Shown: one piece after another, positions 1 to 8,388 of the stretch
How positions within the stretch are numbered: position 1 is the stretch's first letter
Layout of the letters: each line of letters begins with the position of its first letter
Assembly (NCBI GenBank): GCA_001788965.1
Contig: MFXU01000004.1
Span: 1-47,329, forward strand
From: Candidatus Peribacteria bacterium RIFCSPHIGHO2_02_FULL_51_15
GTDB lineage: Bacteria > Patescibacteriota > Gracilibacteria > Peribacterales > Peribacteraceae
Length of the DNA stretch: 47,329 bases
Reading direction: 5' to 3'
Notes under the pieces: model-generated
What the model was told of the DNA's origin: nothing
What the model saw: only the letters and a program-made list of their open reading frames with translations
Databases searched by the model: none
Translations under genes and position numbers: made by a program

Positions 1-36
1 CTTCTCTCATACAAGATGAGACTGAACACATAGCCT

Positions 37-1375
37 CTTTCTCACGCAAGATGAGACTGAACGACCGGGGAAGTACAAGCTCCTTCCCCTATGGTCATGC
101 GTTTCAACGATTCATTGCTTCAAAGCATCGGCAATCTCCAGTTGTTCGTCCAAGGCTCCCTCCCGATTACATTCGAGCCGCTCCTGAAAGAGGAACGTTC
201 GGAGTGGGTCCGTGCGACGCTCGTCCGCTTCAAGTACGTGGTGTTGCTCCGACCAGAGAAACAGATTGTGCTGCGCTACATCACGAAGATTTCAGACCTC
301 TCCCATGCTCAACTTGCACGGCACGTTGCCGCATACCGTGACGGAAAGCCTGTCCGTACACGGTATGTACGACATCGCTTCCCTCCGCGGTACACCGCTC
401 ATGATGCTGAACTTCTCGCGGCAACGGATAATGCACACGGACGATTGAACGGGAAGGCGATGCGGGAAATCTGTGCCGCGCAACATGCGGCAGGAGATCA
501 CCGCTTTCTCCGTCTTGCAAGAATCTCTCCAGCTCAGGTCTACCGGCTCCGACAACATCGGCGATACCGCGAGGAAGCACTCACGATCGAGAAGACAAAA
601 CCACGACAGACTCCGATTGGGGAACGAAGGAAGCCGGAGCCTGCCGGGGCTCCCGGCTTCCTTCGTGTGGATACTGTCCACCAAGGGGATTTCGGCAAGA
701 ACAAGGGCGTGTACCACATCAACCTTGTGGATGAAGTCACGCAGTGGGAGGTGATCGTTGCCGTGGAACAGATCAGCGAAGAGTGCGTGGAACCCGCCTT
801 GGCAGAAGCATTTGGATTGTTCCCGTTCCGCATCAAGAACTTTCACTCCGACAACGGTGGCGAGTACATCAATGATGTTGTGCATCAATTCCTCGTGCGC
901 TGGAAAGCGAAGCAGACAAAGGGCAGACCCCGTCACAGCAACGACAATGGACTCGCTGAAACGAAGAATGGAGCCATCATCCGCAAGCACATGGGTTACC
1001 GTCACATTCCGCAGCCCTACGCTTCTCGGATCAACGTCTTCTACAGCGAACACCTCATTCCGTACGTGAACTTTCACCGTCCCTGCGCCTTCCCGGAGAT
1101 CACGACGCTTTCAAATGGGAAGAAGATCGTGAAGTACAAGGAGTACAAGACGCCGCTCAGGAAGCTTCTGTCTCTGGACAAACCGGAACAGTACCTCCGT
1201 TCCGGCATCACCCTCGATGATCTGCGCCGTCAGGCATCAGCAAAGCTACCGAATCAGGCAGCGGAAGACATGCAGGAAGCGAAGAGAAACCTCTTCTCAA
1301 TCATCCCGCCTCCTCAGAATGGTATGATGTGATCATTCCCCGGTCGTTCAGTCTCATTATTGGATGAGAAAAGAC
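37..1375 (+). mobile_element. IS element with an rve/DDE-type transposase; left boundary uncertain because a further copy of the terminal motif lies at 1-30
   Basis: Perfect 21-bp inverted repeat ATGAGACTGAACGACCGGGGA at 51-71, with its reverse complement at 1337-1357. The repeat extends imperfectly to about 37 and 1375. It encloses a single transposase ORF and is visibly GC-richer than the flanks. Confidence 0.75.
91..1332 (+). CDS. DDE transposase with an integrase (rve) catalytic core
   Basis: 413-aa ORF. Candidate D-D-E residues lie in LRVDTVHQGD, NFHSDNGGEYIN and SNDNGLAETKNG. The N-terminal region looks HTH-like. IS family not assigned. Confidence 0.8.
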   Translation: MVMRFNDSLLQSIGNLQLFVQGSLPITFEPLLKEERSEWVRATLVRFKYVVLLRPEKQIVLRYITKISDLSHAQLARHVAAYRDGKPVRTRYVRHRFPPRYTAHDAELLAATDNAHGRLNGKAMREICAAQHAAGDHRFLRLARISPAQVYRLRQHRRYREEALTIEKTKPRQTPIGERRKPEPAGAPGFLRVDTVHQGDFGKNKGVYHINLVDEVTQWEVIVAVEQISEECVEPALAEAFGLFPFRIKNFHSDNGGEYINDVVHQFLVRWKAKQTKGRPRHSNDNGLAETKNGAIIRKHMGYRHIPQPYASRINVFYSEHLIPYVNFHRPCAFPEITTLSNGKKIVKYKEYKTPLRKLLSLDKPEQYLRSGITLDDLRRQASAKLPNQAAEDMQEAKRNLFSIIPPPQNGMM

Positions 1376-1598
1376 TGTAAAAACCTGGGGGTTATTTAGA
1401 TTTCAGATGGATCGCAGATCATTCTGAAAATGTGGGGAGATTTTTTAGAATAATCATTATTTTGTTTTCATTTTTATTGCAACTTAAACTTTCGGATTGA
1501 TCCTGGTCGACCTGATGCAACTTAACCAAGTACATCACGGCGTACTCCGCAGACGAAGCCGGATGGTCGTCCTTATACGAAAAAATCCGAACCGAGTT

Positions 1599-1644
1599 GC
1601 GGGGCTGCGGCTGATTTTGCTGCCCCCCGCAGCCGCAGCCCCGC
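1599..1644. repeat. GC-rich hairpin repeat, family A, copy 1
   Basis: GGGGCTGCGGCTG pairs with CAGCCGCAGCCCC around an ATTTTGCTG-containing loop. A close relative lies at 12223-12275. Confidence 0.7.
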
Positions 1645-1813
1645 CCACTGCCGCCCGGCGATTTCCGCTCCTACGACGTCATGAAAGGACTCATCCAATC
1701 GGAATTTCCGATCTTCCAGAAAGGCACCACAGAATACTACGCCCACAATAAATGACCCTCCCGACTACCTCGCTTGCGCGAGCAGAGCCCAGGGGTGGAG
1801 AAAAAGTCTTCGA

Positions 1814-1889
1814 TGGTCGGGGTGCAGGGACTCGAACCCTGGGTCTCCAGACCCCCAGCCTGGCGCTTTACCAACTAAGCTACACCCCG
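1814..1889 (-). tRNA. tRNA-Pro (anticodon GGG)
   Basis: Cloverleaf read by eye: acceptor CGGGGTG/CACCCCG, anticodon loop CTGGGGG, T-arm CAGGGTTCGAGTCCCTG, encoded CCA. Confidence 0.9.
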
Positions 1890-2050
1890 ACTCTGTAAGC
1901 TTACCTTTATCTAAAAATTCAATAAAGCCTACGGCGTCGTTCTCGGGCGATCTGTTTTGAAAAGAGTCCGCGGCCGAGGTTGTTGTCGGGCTTCGACCGC
2001 GGACTATTGATGCGGAGGAACCTCCGCAGGATGTGCGTTTTTCCAAGGCA

Positions 2051-2314
2051 TTAGAAATGTTCTGCTAATGCCCTTAGACCCATCACCAGGAAGGTCAACG
2101 GGATGCACGATCCGACCAATAAAAGAAGTCTGATCCGCATTTCCCGTCTCACCGTCCAGGCGTATCCCAACCCCCCGATACCCGTAACGGATATCGCAAG
2201 GGTCAAATAATCCATTGCCAAGAAGAAGTGATTCAAGGCCTCAACCTCCTTTTGAATGAACAGGGTTAAACCAAAAACGCCAACATACATTACACTTTTT
2301 ATCCGATATCGCAA
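2051..2314 (-). CDS. small hydrophobic membrane protein (start may be the ATG at 2290)
   Basis: 87-aa ORF with three hydrophobic segments, lying directly downstream of the C39-like peptidase gene. The track start is TTG. Confidence 0.45.
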   Translation of the reverse strand: MRYRIKSVMYVGVFGLTLFIQKEVEALNHFFLAMDYLTLAISVTGIGGLGYAWTVRREMRIRLLLLVGSCIPLTFLVMGLRALAEHF

Positions 2315-2329
2315 GTTATTGACCGATTT

Positions 2330-3121
2330 TCAATTTCCTTTCACGACGATAGCAACTTGCGCTCCATTTTCCACGTCCCCCCCGTTCCAATCGTGCATCG
2401 CCTCCAGCAAACGCTCCCAGGTATAAACAAACTGCTCCCCGCGCCTGGTACCGGGGTCGTTCATGATCGCATAACCGTCTAAAGTAAACCCTCTCAGAAC
2501 CAGCATGTGGTAATCCGGTCCGGGTCTTTGAAAATATGGATTATCCAGTTCTCTCCCGGCTGCCGGAACGATTATCAAAGCCCCGCCCAGTAATTCTCTC
2601 TCAAGCCGCTCTCTGTCCGGATTTCGGATCAGATCCAACGTCAGATCCGGAGCCTCGCTTCGAATCAATGTCATCACCTGGAGGGCAGTATCGTCGACCG
2701 GAAAACCGAGCGCCGAATTTTTTTCGACCAGCGCTTTTATTTCCCTGTCGGCCTCTTCCGGCGATATGAATTTTTCTCCCCGGAAATATTTCAAAACCAT
2801 CAGCACGCTGGCCTCCTCGCAGGCTTCCTCGTGCAATTCATCCCAGATCTGTAGCGGCGCCTGGGAGGTGAAAGGAACATTCCAATTTACAGCGGAAGTA
2901 TTCTTATCCGAAGAAGGATCAGATGAAGAAAACTTTGAAGAAGCTGATGAGACGGGTTTGATCCGCACAATATTCAGTTCTTTTGCGGGCGGTATCACCA
3001 CGTTCTGCCTTTCTCTTTTCTCCAGATATCTTTCAAAACGGTCGGCAATTTTTGGAAAAACCAAAACAAGTCCCGTTACAAAAATAATGACTGTCGCGCT
3101 GATGATTTTTCTTCTTTCCAT
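2330..3121 (-). CDS. membrane-anchored C39-like cysteine peptidase domain protein
   Basis: 263 aa with an N-terminal TM segment. The motif SQAPLQIWDELHEEACEEASVLM is typical of the peptidase_C39_2-like family. Confidence 0.55.
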   Translation of the reverse strand: MERRKIISATVIIFVTGLVLVFPKIADRFERYLEKRERQNVVIPPAKELNIVRIKPVSSASSKFSSSDPSSDKNTSAVNWNVPFTSQAPLQIWDELHEEACEEASVLMVLKYFRGEKFISPEEADREIKALVEKNSALGFPVDDTALQVMTLIRSEAPDLTLDLIRNPDRERLERELLGGALIIVPAAGRELDNPYFQRPGPDYHMLVLRGFTLDGYAIMNDPGTRRGEQFVYTWERLLEAMHDWNGGDVENGAQVAIVVKGN

Positions 3122-3128
3122 TTACGGA

Positions 3129-3896
3129 TTATACCCGCTTCTTCGCCCGGGCATGGACAATTGAAGCAAAAAATCCCAGCAGCGTCACGGTCATGAAACC
3201 GGCCGACTCCGGCCCGGATTTGGTCAGTTTTCGGGATTTTTTCAATTTATCGTTCTGACTGGAGAAAGACACCGATGTCCCGGAAGAGGCAAATCCGACG
3301 CCTAAAGAGCCGGTTTGGGCGATAGGACGACCGGCTTTCGTCCCTCTCAGATAATCAACGATGCTTCCGGTTTGTTTGAAAGTGCCTGCCAATTGACGGG
3401 GGGCATCCTGAAACAGAAAAGCCTGGATACGCGGATTCCATGATTTGGCCTCGGTGAAAACAGCTCCGACGGTAAAGGCGGTCAAAAGAAGCGAAAGAAA
3501 AGTGACGCGAAACGCGCTTCTCCGGATGACATGGACCGAGAAAATTATCAGAAACGTTATACCCAGAGCGACCAGCGGCCAGGACCACAAAAAGAGGAAT
3601 CCCAGCTGCAGGATATGGACGGACTTGAATCTGGGTCCGAAAAATTCAAGTAGTATCCAGAGCAGGAATATTCCGGCCGGGAACCAGTGCATCAGGCGGA
3701 ATTCATAATCGGCGCGGTTGGCCTTCAGTGTCGGCTGGAACAAAAGGGGGTATACGAGGGAAATACCGAAAAGCACAGCCCAGGGAACGAGTCCTTTCGG
3801 AGATGAAGGTAAAACCGATGCCGCGACCCCCGTAGCGCATATAACAATGCTCATCAGCAGCATCAAAGCCGTCTCTAAAGAGTGCTTCAGTGGCAC
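3129..3896 (-). CDS. polytopic membrane protein, function unknown
   Basis: 255-aa ORF with several hydrophobic helices and a basic C-terminal tail. GTG start. Confidence 0.5.
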   Translation of the reverse strand: MPLKHSLETALMLLMSIVICATGVAASVLPSSPKGLVPWAVLFGISLVYPLLFQPTLKANRADYEFRLMHWFPAGIFLLWILLEFFGPRFKSVHILQLGFLFLWSWPLVALGITFLIIFSVHVIRRSAFRVTFLSLLLTAFTVGAVFTEAKSWNPRIQAFLFQDAPRQLAGTFKQTGSIVDYLRGTKAGRPIAQTGSLGVGFASSGTSVSFSSQNDKLKKSRKLTKSGPESAGFMTVTLLGFFASIVHARAKKRV

Positions 3897-3931
3897 AGGA
3901 TCGGAGATTTTCCACTACTTGGTCAGGTGTG

Positions 3932-4339
3932 TCAATAGTGGTTTCTTCTCGGCAAATACTTCTCCCGCTCGTCAACCACCTGCACGCGCTTAAGTACCGT
4001 GTAATGGCGGCGGCGGAACTGGAGAAGCTGAAAGAACAAATACAAAAAGAAAGACACAAACCAGAAGATCCAAAGTAACCGCATCGCAAGGAACTGTATT
4101 TCTTCCACCCGGCTTACGATCAGGAAAAGCGCCACCACTGCGAACCAAAAAAGCGATCTCGACCAGCTGGCGCTCAGGTTTCGGGTAACCGGATTTTTTA
4201 GCCTGGTGCGCCAGAAACGGATCATGAAAGACAAAACTATCATGACGAGAAAAAGTATGATCGCTGCTTTGATCTTCGGGTCGCCGTAGTTCCAACCGGC
4301 CGGATTCGGCCAAATCCAGTAAACGAGGAATTGCTTCAT
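3932..4339 (-). CDS. membrane protein, function unknown
   Basis: The track ORF runs 3932-4396 with a TTG start. The first ATG (MKQFLVYWIW) is at 4339. Three to four TM helices. Confidence 0.45.
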   Translation of the reverse strand: MKQFLVYWIWPNPAGWNYGDPKIKAAIILFLVMIVLSFMIRFWRTRLKNPVTRNLSASWSRSLFWFAVVALFLIVSRVEEIQFLAMRLLWIFWFVSFFLYLFFQLLQFRRRHYTVLKRVQVVDEREKYLPRRNHY

Positions 4340-4392
4340 GTGGGGAGAATAAAGGATTAGGGCTGAAAGAGTCAAAAAAGAGGTTCCTTCGG

Positions 4393-4812
4393 TCAATTCC
4401 CATTCGATTTCCCTTTAAATATCTTCCACGCCTCATCTACAATCTTATTATGATCAAATGCCAGCTTCAGATCTTGCCAATCCCGAACCACCTCCACTTC
4501 ACGCGCATCGTCGCCGGCTTTTTGCTCGCCTGATACCGACCCGGCCAAAAAAGCGACTGTGACCGTGTGGCCCCGGGGATCCCGGTCCGGCTCGGAATAA
4601 ACGCCGATCAGCTCCAGTTCCGAAATATCAAGCCCGGTCTCCTCCTTTACTTCTCTCGTGCAGGCCTGTTCCACGGTTTCACCGTATTCCACAAAACCAC
4701 CCGGCAAAGCGCAGGAACCTTCAAAAGGATATTTGTCCCGTTTGATCAGTACCAGTCCCCCGTCTTTGAATATCACGCAGTCCGCCGTCAATTTAGGAGA
4801 CTTGTAGATCAT
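4393..4812 (-). CDS. NUDIX hydrolase
   Basis: Nudix box GGFVEYGETVEQACTREVKEETGL. I chose the start MIYKSPKL at 4812 because the longer track ORF (to 5085) overlaps the neighbouring gene. Confidence 0.8.
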   Translation of the reverse strand: MIYKSPKLTADCVIFKDGGLVLIKRDKYPFEGSCALPGGFVEYGETVEQACTREVKEETGLDISELELIGVYSEPDRDPRGHTVTVAFLAGSVSGEQKAGDDAREVEVVRDWQDLKLAFDHNKIVDEAWKIFKGKSNGN

Positions 4813-4835
4813 AGCTAAAAGCCAAATGCCAACTG

Positions 4836-5237
4836 CTAATTGCCGATAGTTTTCTGGGATTTCTTCTTTTGATTCCCGAACCTGGCTACAACCGACTCCA
4901 GATCGCCTTTCAGTTTCCTCTGAAAAATCGTGGTCGAAGGCCGGACCAGCAAATATATGAGGAAGCCGATCATTGGCAGCGCGGCGACGAGAACGATGCA
5001 AATAATCTGGAATAAAAAATAGTCGGTGCGCAGCATTATGTCCCTGGTCGCAAACACGACCAGATACACCACGAGGAATCCGCATCCGAGGAGAACAGCC
5101 TGGATAAAAAACACAGTAGGATTTGCGGAAAAAAATGCGCTGATATTTCCGGGCAGAGTCGAAAAGAAATTCACGGGATGAAAGGAAAAATAAATAAAAT
5201 CAGAGATAGGGATATTTTCTTCTGTGTACCACCACAT
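4836..5237 (-). CDS. PLDc_N-type small membrane protein
   Basis: 133 aa. The motif ALPMIGFLIYLLVRP is typical of cardiolipin-synthase N-terminal-like (PLDc_N) proteins. Overlaps the 3' end of lgt by 38 nt. Confidence 0.5.
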   Translation of the reverse strand: MWWYTEENIPISDFIYFSFHPVNFFSTLPGNISAFFSANPTVFFIQAVLLGCGFLVVYLVVFATRDIMLRTDYFLFQIICIVLVAALPMIGFLIYLLVRPSTTIFQRKLKGDLESVVARFGNQKKKSQKTIGN

Positions 5238-6123
5238 AAACGACCGTCGTCAGGAGCGCCAGGATCGCCAGCACCTGGCTGAATCTCAGCTGATACTGCA
5301 CGAGATCGATCCACGGCCGGGCGACCACATAACCAATCGTCAGAATTCCGACCACTCCGCCGTAAATAAGATTCACCCGCTCGGACAGCCGGTTTTCAAA
5401 CATGGCCAGCAGTCCCAGACTCGCAATAAGCGAACCGAGGAAAACAAAATCCGTTATCAATGCGAATACCGGTATGCCGAAATCTCCGCGCATAAATTCG
5501 AAAAGGAAAACCGCGACGGAAGCCGCGACTATGCCGAGAAGAGTTTCGGCTCCGGCCCGTTTTGAATACCTGCGTATCATCAGCAGAACAAAAGTCAGCG
5601 CCAGATAAAACGCGGCGTAATAAAGCTGAACCGGGTGTATCGGCACGGCATAACGGACGTTGAACGTATCCACCGTGACCGCCCACGGGACATTGGTCGG
5701 CTTGCCGTAAGCCTGGGAAGCGAGAAACATCCCGATCCAGTCGAAGGTCAGGCCGAAAGTGGTCGCCGGCAGCAAAACGTCAAGCCATTGCAAAAAAGTC
5801 GCCCGCTGTGTCCGGGTGGCGAAGAAAAGTACGACAGCCACGCCCATCGCTCCCCCGAAGAAACTGAAATTTCCGTCCCATAAAATAAAGACCGCAAACC
5901 AATTCTTCAGATATGACTGGTAATCGCCCAGGATCGCCATGATCCTGCCCGTCAATATGAATGCGACCAAATGGTAACGTCCGAAATCCTTGATGCTCTG
6001 TACGCTCAGATTCGCGGACGCCGCAAGCCGGAGAAAAAATTCAATCGAGATCCAGACGCCCAAAAGCAGAAAAACCAAACGCATCCAAATAATCATCGGC
6101 CCGATTTCGAAGGATTCAAACAT
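5200..6123 (-). CDS. lgt: prolipoprotein diacylglyceryl transferase
   Basis: 307-aa polytopic ORF with the Lgt signature HPVQLYYA and conserved G/Y-rich loops. Confidence 0.8.
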   Translation of the reverse strand: MFESFEIGPMIIWMRLVFLLLGVWISIEFFLRLAASANLSVQSIKDFGRYHLVAFILTGRIMAILGDYQSYLKNWFAVFILWDGNFSFFGGAMGVAVVLFFATRTQRATFLQWLDVLLPATTFGLTFDWIGMFLASQAYGKPTNVPWAVTVDTFNVRYAVPIHPVQLYYAAFYLALTFVLLMIRRYSKRAGAETLLGIVAASVAVFLFEFMRGDFGIPVFALITDFVFLGSLIASLGLLAMFENRLSERVNLIYGGVVGILTIGYVVARPWIDLVQYQLRFSQVLAILALLTTVVYVVVHRRKYPYL

Positions 6124-6192
6124 CGGAACTTAGGATAGCACATTGAGCGCTACTTACGTTTAATTTTTTTTCGGGGTTTTACTGCAATGTTA

Positions 6193-6327
6193 TACCACTT
6201 CGCGTTTAAAACGTTCTTAATCAGAAGCGCTGGCGGTATGGAGTTCTTGGCTTGAGTAAACGCTACGCGGTACGAGATGATGCCGTTACGAATGACCGAT
6301 TAGTTATGTTTTAAATGCAAAATGGTA
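6193..6327 (+). mobile_element. 135-bp MITE, copy 1 (TSD TTA)
   Basis: Identical to the other five copies except for A instead of C at 6226. TIR is TACCAC...GTTTTAAA..TGGTA. TTA is found at both 6190-6192 and 6328-6330. Confidence 0.85.
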
Positions 6328-6470
6328 TTAAATTGCTAAATTGTTAAATTGTTCGCCGGCCTTCGCCAATTTCAACTCTGCTATCCTCTTTGAAGGCTAC
6401 GGTCAGCAAGCAAGCGAAACGCGCGATAGTGCGTGCAAACAATTTAGCAATTTAGCCATTTAGCAATTTT
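6328..6470. repeat. L-family periodic-arm palindrome (L1)
   Basis: Left arm is TAAATTGC/TAAATTGT octamers, right arm is their complement (ACAATTTA GCAATTTA). The core contains GCAAGCGAAACGCGCG, shared with L2, L3 and L7. Confidence 0.8.
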
Positions 6471-6476
6471 CATAAT

Positions 6477-8279
6477 TCAATCGAAGCTTGCCTCCAGCTT
6501 CCGTTCTTTGATTTCTTCCACCGTCTTCATAATAAATTCCCCGAGCGGAACCGTCACTTGCTTTTTGGTCTTCACATTTCTTACCGTAACGGTTTTTTCC
6601 GCCGCCTCGCGGTCACCGACGACAACCAGGTAAGGAATCTTCATTGTTTCCCCTTCTCTGATCCGTTTGCCCAAAGATTCGGCGCTGGTTTTTAGATCTA
6701 CGCGGATCGAATTTTCTTTGAGTTTCAGGGCGATTTCCGTCGAATATTTTTCATGCGTCGCGGCTACGGGCAGTACTGCAACCTGCACCGGAGAGAGCCA
6801 CAGCGGAAAGAGTCCGGCAAATTGCTCGATCAAAAAACCGATCAAACGCTCATGAGTCGAAAGCGGCGCCCGGTGAATACAGATGGGAACTTTCTCAGAT
6901 CCGTCCTTGTCGATGTATTTGAGTCCCAGCTTGCCCGGCACGTCGAAGTCGACCTGATTTGTCGCCAGTGTGAATTCCCGGCCGATGGCGCTCCAGACTT
7001 CGACATCTATTTTCGGTCCGTAAAACGCGGCTTCGTTCGGCACTTCGATGAATTCGATTCCGGATTCTTTCATCGCGCGGCGAACCATGTCTTCCGTCTT
7101 CAGCCAGAGCTTGCGGTTATCGACATATTTTTTTCCGAGCTCTTTCGGGTCATGCAAAGAGAGCCGCATTACGTATTTCTTTATTCCGAAAAGATCGAAA
7201 TATTCCAGATACATTTTCATAACTCCGATGAATTCTTCCTCAAACTGTTCCTCGGTTACGTACATGTGCGCATCATTCATGTTCATCGACCGGACACGCA
7301 TCAGCCCAAAAAGCGCGCCTGAATCCTCATAACGGTAACAATGTCCATATTCAGCGAGACGCATCGGCATGTCACGGTAACTACGAAGCTGCGAAGCGAA
7401 AATCTGATGATGATGCGGGCAATTCATCGGCTTCAAAAAATATTCACCTTCCTCCTTATCGAGTTTCATTGGCGGGAACATGCTTTGTTTGTAATGCGCC
7501 AGATGTCCGGTCTTCTCATAAAGCTTGCCCTTGGCGATATGCGGCGTGCGAACGCGCAGATAACCGGCAGCTTCTTCGGTTTCTTTGGCGAGTTTCTCGA
7601 TCTCATCGGCGATGATGGTTCCGCGAGGCGTCCAGAGCGGCAAACCCGGCCCTACGTCTTCCGAAAAAATAAACAAATCCAGCTCCTTTCCGAGTTTCCG
7701 GTGATCCCGTTTTTTGGCCTCTTCGAGCATTTTCAGATGATTCTCCAGCTCGGTTTTTGAACCGAACGCCGCGACATACACCCGGGTCAGCTGTTCACGC
7801 TTCTCATCCCCGCGCCAGTATGCGCCGGCCAAACTCATGACTTTGAAAGCGTCGACCGGAATTTCCTTCAAATTTCCCACATGCCCCCCGCGGCAAAGAT
7901 CGACGAAAGTTTCTTCGCCTTTCGGTCCGGTGTTCACGTAATGCGTTACCTCTTTCACTTTCTCTTCCTTTTCCAAATCTTCCACCAATTCAACTTTGAA
8001 TTTCTGTTTATGCTTTCGCCAGAATTTTTTGGCTTCGGCCACAGTCAGTTCTTCTTTTCTGAAAGTCTGACCCTGGTGAATGATCTTCCGCATCTCTTTC
8101 TCAATCTTCGGCAAATCGTCTTCGGAGATAGGCTCGGGGAAAAGAAAATCGTAATAACATCCGTCCTCGATTGGCGGTCCGATACTGATTAGCGTTCCGG
8201 GCCACAGATTCTGCACGGCTTGCGCAAGGACATGCGCGAGGGAATGCCGGAGCCGATATAAATCGTCAATTTTTTCCAT
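6477..8279 (-). CDS. thrS: threonine--tRNA ligase (no N-terminal TGS domain)
   Basis: 600 aa. It begins at the second additional domain (RHSLAHVLAQAV) and has a class II core plus a C-terminal anticodon-binding domain. Confidence 0.9.
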   Translation of the reverse strand: MEKIDDLYRLRHSLAHVLAQAVQNLWPGTLISIGPPIEDGCYYDFLFPEPISEDDLPKIEKEMRKIIHQGQTFRKEELTVAEAKKFWRKHKQKFKVELVEDLEKEEKVKEVTHYVNTGPKGEETFVDLCRGGHVGNLKEIPVDAFKVMSLAGAYWRGDEKREQLTRVYVAAFGSKTELENHLKMLEEAKKRDHRKLGKELDLFIFSEDVGPGLPLWTPRGTIIADEIEKLAKETEEAAGYLRVRTPHIAKGKLYEKTGHLAHYKQSMFPPMKLDKEEGEYFLKPMNCPHHHQIFASQLRSYRDMPMRLAEYGHCYRYEDSGALFGLMRVRSMNMNDAHMYVTEEQFEEEFIGVMKMYLEYFDLFGIKKYVMRLSLHDPKELGKKYVDNRKLWLKTEDMVRRAMKESGIEFIEVPNEAAFYGPKIDVEVWSAIGREFTLATNQVDFDVPGKLGLKYIDKDGSEKVPICIHRAPLSTHERLIGFLIEQFAGLFPLWLSPVQVAVLPVAATHEKYSTEIALKLKENSIRVDLKTSAESLGKRIREGETMKIPYLVVVGDREAAEKTVTVRNVKTKKQVTVPLGEFIMKTVEEIKERKLEASFD

Positions 8280-8295
8280 GGATTAATCATACATT

Positions 8296-8388
8296 ATTGT
8301 TAAATTGCTAAATTGTTAAATTGTTTGCATGCATGAAACAGGCGTTTCGCTTGCGAACAATTTAACAATATAACAATTTAGCAATTTA
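8296..8388. repeat. L-family periodic-arm palindrome (L2, short core)
   Basis: ATTGTTAAATTGCTAAATTGTTAAATTG ... CAATTTAACAATATAACAATTTAGCAATTTA, with core GCATGCATGAAACAGGCGTTTCGCTTGC. It fills the thrS-dnaA spacer. Confidence 0.8.

Noticed and set aside
1612-1614. The in-frame TGA inside a protein-like frame raised the possibility of TGA recoding (genetic code 25/4).
   Set aside because: All long housekeeping ORFs (dnaA, thrS, ftsZ, recF, murD and others) are intact under the standard code, and several terminate at TGA. The TGA lies inside an inserted hairpin repeat.
6328-6470. Tandem 8-nt units (here and in the other periodic-arm elements) could be mistaken for a CRISPR array or a TIGR-like guide array.
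   Set aside because: The units are only 8-9 nt, directly adjacent with no spacers, and arranged as two complementary arms around a core. No cas or tas-like gene lies nearby.
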